Shown here in pieces: positions 42,508 through 52,967 of a stretch of DNA of 64,000 nucleotides. Source of the DNA: Nitrosopumilus sp. (GTDB lineage: Archaea > Thermoproteota > Nitrososphaeria > Nitrososphaerales > Nitrosopumilaceae). A model generated the notes under the pieces. That model ran no database searches, was not told where the DNA came from, and saw only the letters and a list, made by a program, of their open reading frames with translations. The stretch lies in NCBI GenBank assembly GCA_965224195.1, contig OZ245040.1, positions 864,001 through 928,000 on the forward strand. Reading direction: 5' to 3'. Both the position numbers and the translations under genes were made by a program. Within the stretch, counting starts at the first letter, position 1, and every line of letters starts with the position of its first letter.

Positions 42508-43185
42508 CTATCCCAAAATACATGAATTAGATTCAGAATCAAAAACAGTGCCAGCACCACATTTTGAATCAATTTCATCTGAACCTTGTGTGTTCACACT
42601 ACCAATAACACATGCATTTGTTTCAGGATCAAGCACAGTACCAGCACCACATTTTGAATCAAATTCACCATAGAAAATATCTTCATCTTCAATTACAGAT
42701 GTAGAAATTGTATCTGATGAGGAATCTAGCGCATTATCAAAATACCCTAGAGAATATCCAGATCCAAATAGTATCAAGATTAAAACAGGAACTCCAATAA
42801 TAATTGGAATTTTTAGTGGAATTGATTTTGAGAAACTATTAAATTTTGATTCAGGAATAGGTTGTGGATTTGCACCTATTTCAAAAATAGAAGTTCCACA
42901 AAGCATACAAAAGTTAGCACCTAACGGACCTTTTTTTCCACATTTCCAACAATGAATAGTTTCTTCATTTTCAGGTTCGTTTTCAAAAACAATCTCATCA
43001 GTTTGTGTATCAGTAGTGTGTTTAGCCAAATATTTTTGTCGTAAGTTTTTTAGATAATTTTCATCAGTAATCCAGATTTTTTTATTTTGAATAAATGTCT
43101 GTTTGATATGTTCTAATCGATATGGATCACCAACATCCAATTTCAATAAAGTATTAACTTCATCTACAATATCTGTGGAATCCAT
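42508..43185 (-). CDS. Zn-ribbon membrane protein with CGAGT repeats
   Basis: CWKCG...FCMLCG, TM, two DSKCGAGTV repeats. Confidence 0.8.
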   Translation of the reverse strand: MDSTDIVDEVNTLLKLDVGDPYRLEHIKQTFIQNKKIWITDENYLKNLRQKYLAKHTTDTQTDEIVFENEPENEETIHCWKCGKKGPLGANFCMLCGTSIFEIGANPQPIPESKFNSFSKSIPLKIPIIIGVPVLILILFGSGYSLGYFDNALDSSSDTISTSVIEDEDIFYGEFDSKCGAGTVLDPETNACVIGSVNTQGSDEIDSKCGAGTVFDSESNSCILG

Positions 43186-43257
43186 ATATTTCCTATTATG
43201 TCACGTGTCATTAAAAACTAATTGGATAAGAAGAATGAATTTCAGACAGATTTGAGG

Positions 43258-43363
43258 GTAGAAATGTCCAAGATGAATAGACCCAAATCCAGAAATCTTT
43301 TAGTTTATGGAAAACCTGGAACAGGCAAGTAGAAATGTCCAAGATGAATAGACCCAAATCCAG
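43258..43363. repeat. unit D: 35-bp direct repeat, 36-bp insert
   Basis: GTAGAAATGTCCAAGATGAATAGACCCAAATCCAG at 43258-43292 and 43329-43363. Confidence 0.95.
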
Positions 43364-43761
43364 TGTAAAACAATAGTAATTATTAAAATCTAGAAAACAA
43401 ACAAAGCATGTGAACGTTTTCCAGATAAAATTAGAAGTTGAAACATCAAAAGAAATTCTATTACAGACAATTTTAGAAAACAAGGAGAATTTGGATACAA
43501 ATATGATTGCAATTGCGATTAAAGATTATGTTAAAAACCATGAAAAATATGATATTGAGAAAAAAAGACTCTTAGATTTTATTTCAGATGTAAAAAAATA
43601 AAAAATTAATTTAGTTTTTAGGTTATTTTTGCCAATAGTTATGTGTGACTAGTATAGTTGACTTTGAATCATGCTGGAATTTTGGAGGATAATATTTCTA
43701 CAGTTTGAATATAATCATCAGAACTAAAAGGTCGCTTTTCATAACATTGTTCACATACAAG

Positions 43762-44215
43762 CCAGATTCCATGGGAAGTTTTGGTGTTGATTGGAGGAGG
43801 CTTGGCCTTGGCTAGTGGTTTTACTGCTACAGGCCTTGACATGTGGATAGCAGACAAGTTGTTATTTTTGGGGGAATTGGATTATTTTTTGATTGTACTA
43901 GTAATTGTTACAATTACAATGCTTACAAGTGAATTGATGAGTAACACTGCAGTAGATGCATTACTGTTGCCAATTATGGCAGTTTTAGGAGCAACCACAG
44001 AACTTGATCCAATTTTACTGATGGCTCCAGTTGCATTTGCTACAAGTTATGGATTTATGATGCCCGTTGGAACTCCTCCAAACGCAATTGCCATTGGAAG
44101 CGGATATGTATCAATCAAACAGATGGTTCGTTATGGATTACCATTTGATCTTATTTGCATTCCAATTATCACGGTAATGATAGTATTTTTGGTACCTTTG
44201 GTTTGGGGAAGATGA
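43762..44215 (+). pseudogene. SLC13/DASS symporter C-terminal half
   Basis: IPWEVLVLIGGG, MSNTA, MPVGTPPNAI; no N-terminus. Confidence 0.85.
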
Positions 44216-44330
44216 CAAATCTCTTTGAACAATGTAGCTGCTCACATTGAACCTGAATAGTATCATCTTACATCAAGCCTTTTTCTTGAGATAAGGTATC
44301 AATATGATTTAGTGAATTTTGTTCAAGAAA

Positions 44331-44585
44331 CTAGCAATTACACAAAAACTCTAGATTGTTTGCTTGACCACTATGTAGATCAGTTGTCAAAAACCAGCCA
44401 GAAAGCCAATTTCTTTTTGGATAGACATACGTCTTGTGTTCACCTTTGAATGTATAGAAATTGTATTTTTTAGTTCGTAACCAATGTACAATGGTCTCAG
44501 AACGAAGTAATCTCCCATTGATTTCTACATGCGTTATGTTTCCAAAAAAATCTTGTTTGACACAAGCGATCTCATATTCTTCCAT
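44331..44585 (-). CDS. DUF3892-like protein
   Basis: ITHV...FYT...FLTT...NNLEFL pattern. Confidence 0.65.
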   Translation of the reverse strand: MEEYEIACVKQDFFGNITHVEINGRLLRSETIVHWLRTKKYNFYTFKGEHKTYVYPKRNWLSGWFLTTDLHSGQANNLEFLCNC

Positions 44586-44684
44586 TCTGTACAACGTAAT
44601 TCAAATTTATTATAAAAGCAATTGTAACATAATATCCATAAAAATAATCATAATATTTTTAACTAAAATCATTACATTTTTTGC

Positions 44685-44789
44685 ATGAACAAACGTTTTG
44701 GTATGGTAATTGCTACCTTGGGAATCATAGTTACTTTTGCTGTGATAATTGGTTCACCAGCACTTGGTGGCTTTGATGCTATGAGATAA
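44685..44789 (+). CDS. 34-aa single-TM microprotein
   Basis: MNKRFGMVIATLGIIVTFAVIIGSPALGGFDAMR. Confidence 0.55.
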   Translation: MNKRFGMVIATLGIIVTFAVIIGSPALGGFDAMR

Positions 44790-44985
44790 TTTAGTAGCAT
44801 AAACTTCATTATTAATTTTTGAAACTAACATTAGTAATAACTCACATCGAGTCTGAATAGAGTAGTATACTTTATGACTATCACAAATAAAGAAAATGAA
44901 AACTAGATATTCTCACAAGGGGACCATCACTTTGGTTAAAGTCTCTGTAGGCTCAATTCTTAAACCATGATGATGTTATTTGGTT

Positions 44986-45438
44986 ATGGATAATGTAACA
45001 ATCCGAGACGTATGCGACAAGGATGTTCCTATACTTCTTGGATTATTGTATGATCTAGGGCGTCCAAAACCCCAAAAAGATTCTGATGTTGAAATATTTC
45101 GTAAATTAGTTACAAAATATGTGAAAGATTCAGACAAAACAATTCTTGTTGCAGAACTTGATGACATGAAAATTGTTGGCATGGTAAGTATTGTGTATTT
45201 GTCAAGATTAAACCAATCAACTTTGGAGATGTATGTTCCCGAATTAGTTGTTCTTCAAAAACATCAAAATCATGGAATTGGAAAAAAACTAATCCATTCT
45301 TGTATTACTCTTGCAAAAGAGAAAAAATGTCACAGAATTAGATTAGAATCTGGTAATCGACGAAAAGATTCTCATGAATTCTACAACCATTTGGGATTTG
45401 AACAATATGCTCTTTCATTTACATTGAATTTAGATTAA
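44986..45438 (+). CDS. GNAT family N-acetyltransferase
   Basis: LVV...QNHGIGKKL motif A; FYNHLGF. Confidence 0.9.
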   Translation: MDNVTIRDVCDKDVPILLGLLYDLGRPKPQKDSDVEIFRKLVTKYVKDSDKTILVAELDDMKIVGMVSIVYLSRLNQSTLEMYVPELVVLQKHQNHGIGKKLIHSCITLAKEKKCHRIRLESGNRRKDSHEFYNHLGFEQYALSFTLNLD

Positions 45439-45452
45439 CCGACATTTCTCAA

Positions 45453-45635
45453 TTAAGAATCTGAATTTGGAACATAGTCTTTACATGAACATTCACTACA
45501 TACTATGTTTGATTTCAATTTCCCCGAAGGCATTGAAGTTCCTGCTAGGAAATCCCCATCGCCATGACGATCTAACAAAAGTTGATGATCTTCTTTTGAA
45601 TGTGAACAATTTTTGCAATTATCATCTGTTATCAT
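45453..45635 (-). CDS. small Cys/His metal-binding protein
   Basis: CKNCSHSKEDH...CSECSCKDY. Confidence 0.7.
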   Translation of the reverse strand: MITDDNCKNCSHSKEDHQLLLDRHGDGDFLAGTSMPSGKLKSNIVCSECSCKDYVPNSDS

Positions 45636-46093
45636 GATTTATTTTGTATTTGTAAACTCCTATTTGTGGGTTTCACTAAACAATTCTCACAAGGGGAATT
45701 GTTTGATTGGTTCAAATTTTTACATATTCAACACTGAGATGGATTAATTATTTCAAAAATAAAACTAAAGATCCCATTACAATCAATATGCTTATGAAAA
45801 TTAACAAATTTCTAATGGGATTCCTAACAACATATCTTTCATCATGTTTTCTTAGGTGAAATCAAAGACTTCGCCCCTTTCAATTCTTTCCTTGAACTTC
45901 TCTTTGGATTTTTCATGGGCTATGTCATTTTCACTTTGTAGGGTTTTTTTTGACATGGATAATAATGACAGTTATTGAATTTATTGTAGCTAGTTGGAAT
46001 TCCTAAAACTTGTAAAGAAATTAACAAAAAAATTGAATACGTGTTCAATATGCTTTCCAATTACTTTTTGTTTTATGTTTGGTAATAGTAGTT

Positions 46094-46189
46094 ATGACTA
46101 GAACAGAAAGAAGACGAAATACTGCCCATCCTACACGGGATGGGAAACACAATCCAGTATGTGTTGATCCTAACTGTGAGGATTGTTAA
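46094..46189 (+). CDS. 31-aa Cys-tail microprotein
   Basis: MTRTERRRNTAHPTRDGKHNPVCVDPNCEDC. Confidence 0.5.
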   Translation: MTRTERRRNTAHPTRDGKHNPVCVDPNCEDC

Positions 46190-46197
46190 TTTGTAGG

Positions 46198-46226
46198 TGG
46201 TGGACCAAATGGGATTGAAGCCCTGG
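46198..46226 (-). other. degenerate tRNA 3'-end (Ala-like), att remnant
   Basis: Minus strand CCAGGGCTTCAATCCCATTTGGTCCACCA = decayed T arm plus acceptor end with CCA; no 5' half. Confidence 0.6.
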
Positions 46227-47484
46227 CAGTCGTGGGTTTATGATACATTCATCAGACGACTTAATGGTTGTTATAAAGGATGTCCTGTAGTGGTATAAGT
46301 AATAATACCATATGACAAGAATATCACTAAAGCGATGCAAACTTTTTGAGAACCTCAACACTAAGGGACTCCTCATGGTATTTTACCCCGTCTTTGTTTT
46401 CACTCTTTGTAATTATTACCCTGGGGCCGAGATCTTCTATCATCCTAACTATCTTCTTTTGTAGGACCATTACCAGGGAGAGTAGGGTATAATATTGTCA
46501 GTTATGATGTACTGGTGTCTTTACTGTTGCCAGTATGAGTATGGGAGAGGATATTTACAATGAGTGTTGAGGGTTTGTCAAAAAAACATCTTATGCAACT
46601 ACGAGAAGCTGGGACCAACTTTTATCCAACAAATAAGGATGGGAGAAAAGAGGGGATTTACAAAGATAAAGTGGTTGCCATAAAAAGAGAGGAGCAAATA
46701 TTTAGGACACTACAATCAACTGAGGAATTTGAGCATGCAATATCACAGCCGAATTTTTGTGCAGTGTTTACTACTAACTCTCTTGCATTTGTAATTGATG
46801 ATGATACTGAAGAAAATATCAAGGTGGCCAGAGACCACACCATATGCACGTACAGAAAAAAGATTGATCGCACAAGCTTCCACTATTTTGTAATTGCAAA
46901 AACCACGAGGATTTTGAAAAGCTTGCAGTAAAAGACGAGTATATCGAGCACCTTGAGGTGTTTACATATCATAAAATGCGCGTACTTGACGTCCAAGGCC
47001 ATTTTAGGCTTGACAACAACAAATCAGATCCCAAAGCATCATGGTTCCTAAAGGGTGGAGACTACCAAAGACTGCGGATATCCCCTCATTACATATGATA
47101 TGGCAAAGAACATACCAGAGTGGGGGTAAGCCTGATTCGTCTGGGGATGGCAAAAGCGTATCCCTGAAAAAATTTCAAGGAGTAGATATTAACAAGCCAC
47201 CAACACCACACATGACAAATACCAGATTTAACAGCATTGCAATAAAGTGTCTAAGTTATGAAGGCTGGAGTGATGAGAAGACATTAAAACACCTAGAGAT
47301 GCTAAATACAAAAAGAGCATATCCTCATACCAACGATCTAAAACAATATATCACCAATGCAAAAAAATACCTGGAGGATTTTAAAGATGATTTTAAGGAT
47401 GGCATCTACCCCATAACACTTGATAACCTAAATGATATAACAAACCCAAAATACGCAGACAAGCTTGTAACTGTTAGGGGAGTA

Positions 47485-47590
47485 GTATCAAGTAATATGA
47501 TATCATACAGCGTTCCATTTGTAAACAAAGCTGAGCTATTGAAGAAAGGTCTAATGGTATCAAGTAATATGATACCATACAGCGTTCCAT
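47485..47590. repeat. unit E: 34-36-bp direct repeat (1-2 mismatches), 36-38-bp insert
   Basis: GTATCAAGTAATATGATA(T/C)CATACAGCGTTCCAT at 47485-47518 and 47557-47590. Confidence 0.9.
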
Positions 47591-48526
47591 ACAAACTAAA
47601 AGTCAAATGCATCAATGAAGATGAGGGTCACATAACACATGACAATGAAGAAGACAGAACAAAGATTGTGACAATCAGAAAAAAAAACAATGCCTTTATT
47701 TGTTGATGCCAGTTATAGTGGAAAAAATAAAATATTAGGTCCAATATCGAAGATACCTTTTGATTCTAAATGTACCACTTTCTATAAGGAAAAAGAGCAT
47801 CTAACAATAAACAGGATGAAGATAAGGTCCATAATGCACTCACTAATCATTGATGGTAAAGAATTCCTAGATGATGATGAAAACAAATACTCCTCATATG
47901 ACATTTATGTACTGCAAAAGGATGCTGGCAACAATCTCACTGCTGGAAAAGAGATGGAGGTGAATGGATATGTTATTGCAGATCCCAAAAACGCCAAAAT
48001 CACAATCATGGCAGTACACGTAAGGGAACTAAATGAGAATAACTATAACATAGAAAAGATAAAGGAATTGCAGGTGCTTCACGCAGGCAAGTCACTACAA
48101 GAGATAGTGGACTGGTTTGCATCAGAGTTCACAAAATACACAAAGATAGTGAAACGCAAAGATCTCATATTAGGTGTCATCCTCAACATGTTTAGCTCAC
48201 TAGGTTTTGAGTTTGAGTATAAGATTGTACGTGGCTGGGTAAATATAATAGTAATTGGCGACTCTACTACGGGAAAATCTGAGATAGTGCGACTTGTGAT
48301 AAAACTGGCTAAGTCTGGGCAGATAGTAAGTGGTGAGATGGCAACTATCGCAGGAATTGCGGGTGCATCAATTCAGGCAACTGGTGGTCAATGGTTTACT
48401 GATTATGGACTATTACCATTACAGGACCGCAAGGCCTTATGGATAGATGGTGCACACAAGATACCAAAACATGAGATGGACAAGCTAGCAGAAGCTGAGA
48501 GGAGTGGAAAAATAGAGATAAACAAG

Positions 48527-48638
48527 GCATCAAAGGGCTCTGCATGGGCAAGAACCAGACAGCTGAGAGAGAAAGAATTGCAGCTGCCATTGCAGCTAAC
48601 TAGCATCAAAGGGCTCTGCATGGGCAAGAACCAGACAG
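48527..48638. repeat. unit F: 36-bp direct repeat, 40-bp insert
   Basis: GCATCAAAGGGCTCTGCATGGGCAAGAACCAGACAG at 48527-48562 and 48603-48638. Confidence 0.95.
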
Positions 48639-48672
48639 GGTAAAATTATGAACCCCCTTAATGATGAGGGGC

Positions 48673-48768
48673 GTGACACTACCACCATGAACAACTTTAT
48701 TTGAAATGGTGGGACACAACAACCAACGCTGCGATAGTGTGACACTACCACCATGAACAACTTTATTT
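48673..48768. repeat. unit G: 30-bp direct repeat, 36-bp insert
   Basis: GTGACACTACCACCATGAACAACTTTATTT at 48673-48702 and 48739-48768. Confidence 0.93.
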
Positions 48769-49160
48769 ATCCTATACAGGCACTTACAAACTCGTTCCAA
48801 TTACAAACAATTGCCCGCTTTGACTTGGTATTATTTGTGCTAGATGATGAGGCCACAAAGTATATTGTCAGTGAAAACCTAGACAAGCACGGTAAAACTG
48901 ATAATTTTGACTTGTCGTATATGGGTCAATAGTAAATATTAAATGCATATTATTTTATACTTTACTAGTAAAATAATAGGGGGTCAGTAAAATAATAAAG
49001 GTTTAGTAGAATAATTAATTATACATTGCAAGCACGTACTAGTATATCTTGATTTTAACATTGTAGGGACATATATCAAAACTACAAGTTAAAGTCAAAC
49101 TATAAAATTATAAAATATAAAACCATAAACTATAACATTGAGAATCACTAATCAAATATC

Positions 49161-49268
49161 ATGTCATATTTCTACAAGAGATGCCCAAAGTGCAATGAGA
49201 TATGTGCTGGTACCATAGAACTGGTAGGGCATTTCCAAGAAAACCCAAGTCATAGGCCAAAGCCATAA
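49161..49268 (+). CDS. C2H2-type zinc finger microprotein
   Basis: CPKC-x12-HFQENPSH, 35 aa. Confidence 0.55.
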   Translation: MSYFYKRCPKCNEICAGTIELVGHFQENPSHRPKP

Positions 49269-49327
49269 TTAAAACTATGATTAAACTTGATCAATAGTAA
49301 AATCAAAAACTGTTATGTACTATTAAC

Positions 49328-50416
49328 CTATTTGAAAAAGAATCCAAACACCTTGCTTATTGCTGATTTTTCATTTATTACACCAAAGGATATTGTAGGT
49401 GTTGGCTTTTCAACAAAGATACCCTGCGGTCTATACAGTAATACTGCAAGCAATATTACACCAAGTAATAAGAAATCAAGCCATACAACATCAAATGGAA
49501 CAAAGCCCTCCATAGAGTCCTTGAAAAATATTATAACCTTACGCAGTACTACAAAGATTAGTGTCCCAACTAGTACTCCCTTGTTGTTTGCCAACCCGCC
49601 AATGAGTATCATTAAAAATGGCCAAAATGTCCAGCTAGCCCTGTCGTATGCAAATGCAATTGTCCCGCCCACGTAAAATGCGTATAGTGCTCCACCAATA
49701 GCTGCAAGTGCAGCTGATATCATGATAATTTTTATCCTAACTTGTGTTGCATCTTTCCCCAAAGAGTTAGCTGCTACCTCATTATCCCTTACTGCCCGCA
49801 GCATTCTTCCCAGCGGTGAGCGAATCATCTTTTCACTATATATAAAAACTGCCATGGCAATTAGCACCAAACCAAATGTGGCTATAGGAAAACGCATCTC
49901 ATCAGGTAAAAACGATAACGGATCAGGAACCTGCACTCCCAAGGTTCCACCAACTAGCGGTGTGAAATTACTCCCAATTATACGGATACTCTCACCAAAG
50001 GCTAGCAATGTAATTGCCAGATAATCCCCACGCAGCCTGATTGCAGGGTATGATGTTATAATGCCCAAAGCCCCGCCAACTGCAGCAGCTACCCCCAATG
50101 TCAAAAAGAACACTGCAAACCCTACTCCAATATTATCTACCAACCATACATTAACTTGGGATATTATTGCTATGTTATCTGCAATATAATCACCTTCAAT
50201 GCCTGCCATGTTTACAAAAATCCTTCCTGGAACTGATGCTGCAACAAACGCACCAGCACCAACTGCTAGAACTTTACCAAAGTTTGGAATGCCTGTATAT
50301 CCAAACTCCATGTTTAAGCTAAGATTGACAATGGCATAGATTGCAAAGATTGCAAGCAAGTCTACAAGAAATATAGTCTCAGATTCTAAAACCATGGTTT
50401 TCTCAACTTTGACCAA
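49328..50416 (-). CDS. livM: branched-chain amino acid ABC permease
   Basis: LRGDYLAITLLAFGE, RAVRDNEVAA; exact start uncertain. Confidence 0.9.
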   Translation of the reverse strand: MVKVEKTMVLESETIFLVDLLAIFAIYAIVNLSLNMEFGYTGIPNFGKVLAVGAGAFVAASVPGRIFVNMAGIEGDYIADNIAIISQVNVWLVDNIGVGFAVFFLTLGVAAAVGGALGIITSYPAIRLRGDYLAITLLAFGESIRIIGSNFTPLVGGTLGVQVPDPLSFLPDEMRFPIATFGLVLIAMAVFIYSEKMIRSPLGRMLRAVRDNEVAANSLGKDATQVRIKIIMISAALAAIGGALYAFYVGGTIAFAYDRASWTFWPFLMILIGGLANNKGVLVGTLIFVVLRKVIIFFKDSMEGFVPFDVVWLDFLLLGVILLAVLLYRPQGIFVEKPTPTISFGVINEKSAISKVFGFFFK

Positions 50417-51306
50417 TTAATACCTGCAAGTCCACGTGGGGCTAGAAATAGTGTTATAACGATAAATATCAACGGAATTAACGGACGATACGCAATTAGC
50501 CATGCGCCAAACTCTCCTGCAAGTAATCTTGTCCCTAAAACTTCAGTTATACCTATTAGAATCCCGCCAGCTATTGCACCGTATATGCTAAAGAATCCCC
50601 CAACTATACTTGCAGCAAATATAGATGGGATTAATTGTGGTCCAAGATTTGGGTCTCCCTGAAACCATAGTGACATTAGAGCCCCTGCAATGCCTGCCAG
50701 CCCTCCACCTATCAACCACGATATGCCATAGACTAGCTTTACGTTAATCCCAACTATGCTGGCAAGATCAGAGTTTTCAGTAGCTGCCCTCATTGCAATG
50801 CCAAACTTTGTTTTTTTTAATACAATGTGCAGTGATACTGCAAGTACTGCTACAGCAGCTGGTGCAACAAATACTAATAATGGCATATCCATAAACTGCA
50901 CGTCATAACTTCGCAGGGTAAACTCCCTTGATGTTATCTGGTATGTCCTTACAATGTAATCAGCTGAGATGTTTAATATTGCAATTATGATCAAGTCAAA
51001 TGCCAGTGTAGCAATCATCTGTATTGCCTGTGATGCGCCTTTACGGATTAGAGGCTTTAGGATTAAACTGTATAGTGATATGGCAACTACTCCTGATATT
51101 ACAAAGGCAATTGGTATTGCAATGTATGGGGTAGAATCCCATATACGACAAGCAATTAGGGCAATGTATACGCCAATTGTAGCAAAGGATGCATGAGCAA
51201 AGTTTGGTACTCGTGTTGTAAGGTATGTGAGTGTGAGGCCAATTGATAGTAAAGCAAGAAGACTTGCAAAAATTATTGCATCTGAAAATATGGGATCAAT
51301 AATCAA
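50386..51306 (-). CDS. livH: branched-chain amino acid ABC permease
   Basis: IGLTL...NFAH, GIAMRA, IVGG. Confidence 0.9.
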   Translation of the reverse strand: MIIDPIFSDAIIFASLLALLSIGLTLTYLTTRVPNFAHASFATIGVYIALIACRIWDSTPYIAIPIAFVISGVVAISLYSLILKPLIRKGASQAIQMIATLAFDLIIIAILNISADYIVRTYQITSREFTLRSYDVQFMDMPLLVFVAPAAVAVLAVSLHIVLKKTKFGIAMRAATENSDLASIVGINVKLVYGISWLIGGGLAGIAGALMSLWFQGDPNLGPQLIPSIFAASIVGGFFSIYGAIAGGILIGITEVLGTRLLAGEFGAWLIAYRPLIPLIFIVITLFLAPRGLAGINWSKLRKPWF

Positions 51307-51360
51307 AACTGTTAATGTTGCCCAGAAAACCCTTTATTTCTTTGTACCTTTGTACCTTTA

Positions 51361-52116
51361 ATGGCAATTTTATCAATATCTGGCATAAGCAAGCACTTTG
51401 GAGGGTATACTGCACTTGATGGCATTGATATACGGTTGGAAAAAGGCAAGATGTATCAGATGATAGGCCCAAACGGCTGCGGTAAAACCACACTGATAAA
51501 TGTAATATCAGGACTGTTAAAACCAGATGCTGGAAAAATTATATTTGATGGAGATGACATTACAAAAAAAGGACTATACAATACTTTTAAGCTAGGCCTA
51601 GTAAGAACCTGGCAAATACCCCAGCCATTTGCTAGCTTGACTGTAATGGAGAACTTTATGTTATCAGGGGTAGGCAACACTGGTGAATCATTTTTGTATG
51701 CCCCAGTAAAATCAAAGTGGGAAACTGACGAGCAAAGAATTTCAGACAAAGCACTGGACATAATGGAGATGGTAAACTTGTCTGAAAAAAAAGACATTGC
51801 AGGCAATAGTCTTAGCGGTGGCCAACAAAAACTGTTGGAGCTTGGACGTGCCATGATGTCCGGTGCTAAAATGATTTTAATGGATGAGCCAATAGCAGGA
51901 GTTAACCCCACTCTGGCACAAGAGATTTTTGAAAAGATTTCTGAGATTTGTAAAAAACAAAAAATTACATTTTTAATTGTAGAGCACAGATTGGATATTG
52001 CACTGCAGTATGTGCAGCATGTCTTTGCAATGGATAGTGGGCAAATAATTACAGAGGGCACACCTGATGAGATTGTAAAGAATCCTAAAGTATTAGAGTC
52101 ATATTTGGGGAAATAA
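51361..52116 (+). CDS. livG: branched-chain amino acid ABC ATPase
   Basis: GPNGCGKTT, LSGGQ, DEP, VLESYLG. Confidence 0.9.
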   Translation: MAILSISGISKHFGGYTALDGIDIRLEKGKMYQMIGPNGCGKTTLINVISGLLKPDAGKIIFDGDDITKKGLYNTFKLGLVRTWQIPQPFASLTVMENFMLSGVGNTGESFLYAPVKSKWETDEQRISDKALDIMEMVNLSEKKDIAGNSLSGGQQKLLELGRAMMSGAKMILMDEPIAGVNPTLAQEIFEKISEICKKQKITFLIVEHRLDIALQYVQHVFAMDSGQIITEGTPDEIVKNPKVLESYLGK

Positions 52117-52117
52117 A

Positions 52118-52834
52118 ATGGCACAGGCTGTAATTAAAGTAGATAAACTAAACTCAGGATATGCAAATGCCCATGTGTTGTTTGATGTGGATTTTGAGGC
52201 AAGAAAGCAAAAAATTACCATAATTGTGGGACCCAACGGCAGTGGAAAATCCACGCTACTCAAAAGCATCTTTGGGTTGTGTTCTGTATATTTTGGAAAA
52301 ATTACCTACAATGAAGATATCATTACAAAGCTAGCGCCACATGAGATTGCCCGCAGAAAAATTGCATACCTGCCACAGATAAATAATGTGTTTGCAAATC
52401 TTACCATACATGAAAATCTCTTAATGGCAAGTTACACTTTGGATGCAAAAACCATACAGACAAAATTGCCTGAAACATTTGAGACATTTCCAATCCTTGA
52501 GCAATACAAAAATGCAAAAGCTGACATCCTAAGTGGCGGGCAACGTCAAATGCTTGCAATGGCAATGGCACTTGTACGTCAACCAAAAGTAATGCTCTTT
52601 GATGAGCCAACAGCCAGTCTCTCACCCAAACTAGCTGATGAGGTACTAGCAAAAATAAAGCAGATAAGAGAAAAGTATAATATTACAGTAATACTAGTAG
52701 AGCAAAACGTCAAGCGGGCACTAAATATGGGGGATTATGTGTATTTGCTGGCTAATGGCAAAAAGATATTTTGTGGGAAACCAGACAAACTCTTAGAGCA
52801 CCAAGAGCTTGGAAAACTATACCTTGGTATCTAG
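52118..52834 (+). CDS. livF: branched-chain amino acid ABC ATPase
   Basis: GPNGSGKST, LSGGQRQM, VEQN. Confidence 0.9.
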   Translation: MAQAVIKVDKLNSGYANAHVLFDVDFEARKQKITIIVGPNGSGKSTLLKSIFGLCSVYFGKITYNEDIITKLAPHEIARRKIAYLPQINNVFANLTIHENLLMASYTLDAKTIQTKLPETFETFPILEQYKNAKADILSGGQRQMLAMAMALVRQPKVMLFDEPTASLSPKLADEVLAKIKQIREKYNITVILVEQNVKRALNMGDYVYLLANGKKIFCGKPDKLLEHQELGKLYLGI

Positions 52835-52967
52835 ATAAAAAGATATGGGGATATTTTATTGGCATACCAGATAGTGTAATATCAAAATTATCTCTAGTTC
52901 TTTTGATAAGAGATCCCCAGAAAAAAGACAATTCATTTAATAGTGGTGTTATTAGCGTGATCATAAA

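Larger units (their letters stand above)
46560..48932 (+). pseudogene. Prim-Pol primase fused to MCM-like helicase (integrative element replication gene)
   Basis: VIDDD and FHYF AEP-like motifs; GDSTTGKS Walker A; after removing units F and G reads ARTRQGKIMNP...IARFDL; several frameshifts. Confidence 0.78.

Noticed and set aside
42535-42665. DSKCGAGTV repeat as a ninth insertion unit
   Set aside because: 90-bp period, diverged copies, and the peptide pattern (second Cys) continues through the gap; an ordinary protein repeat.
46198-46226. Functional tRNA gene
   Set aside because: Only a mutated T arm and acceptor end are present; no D or anticodon arm.
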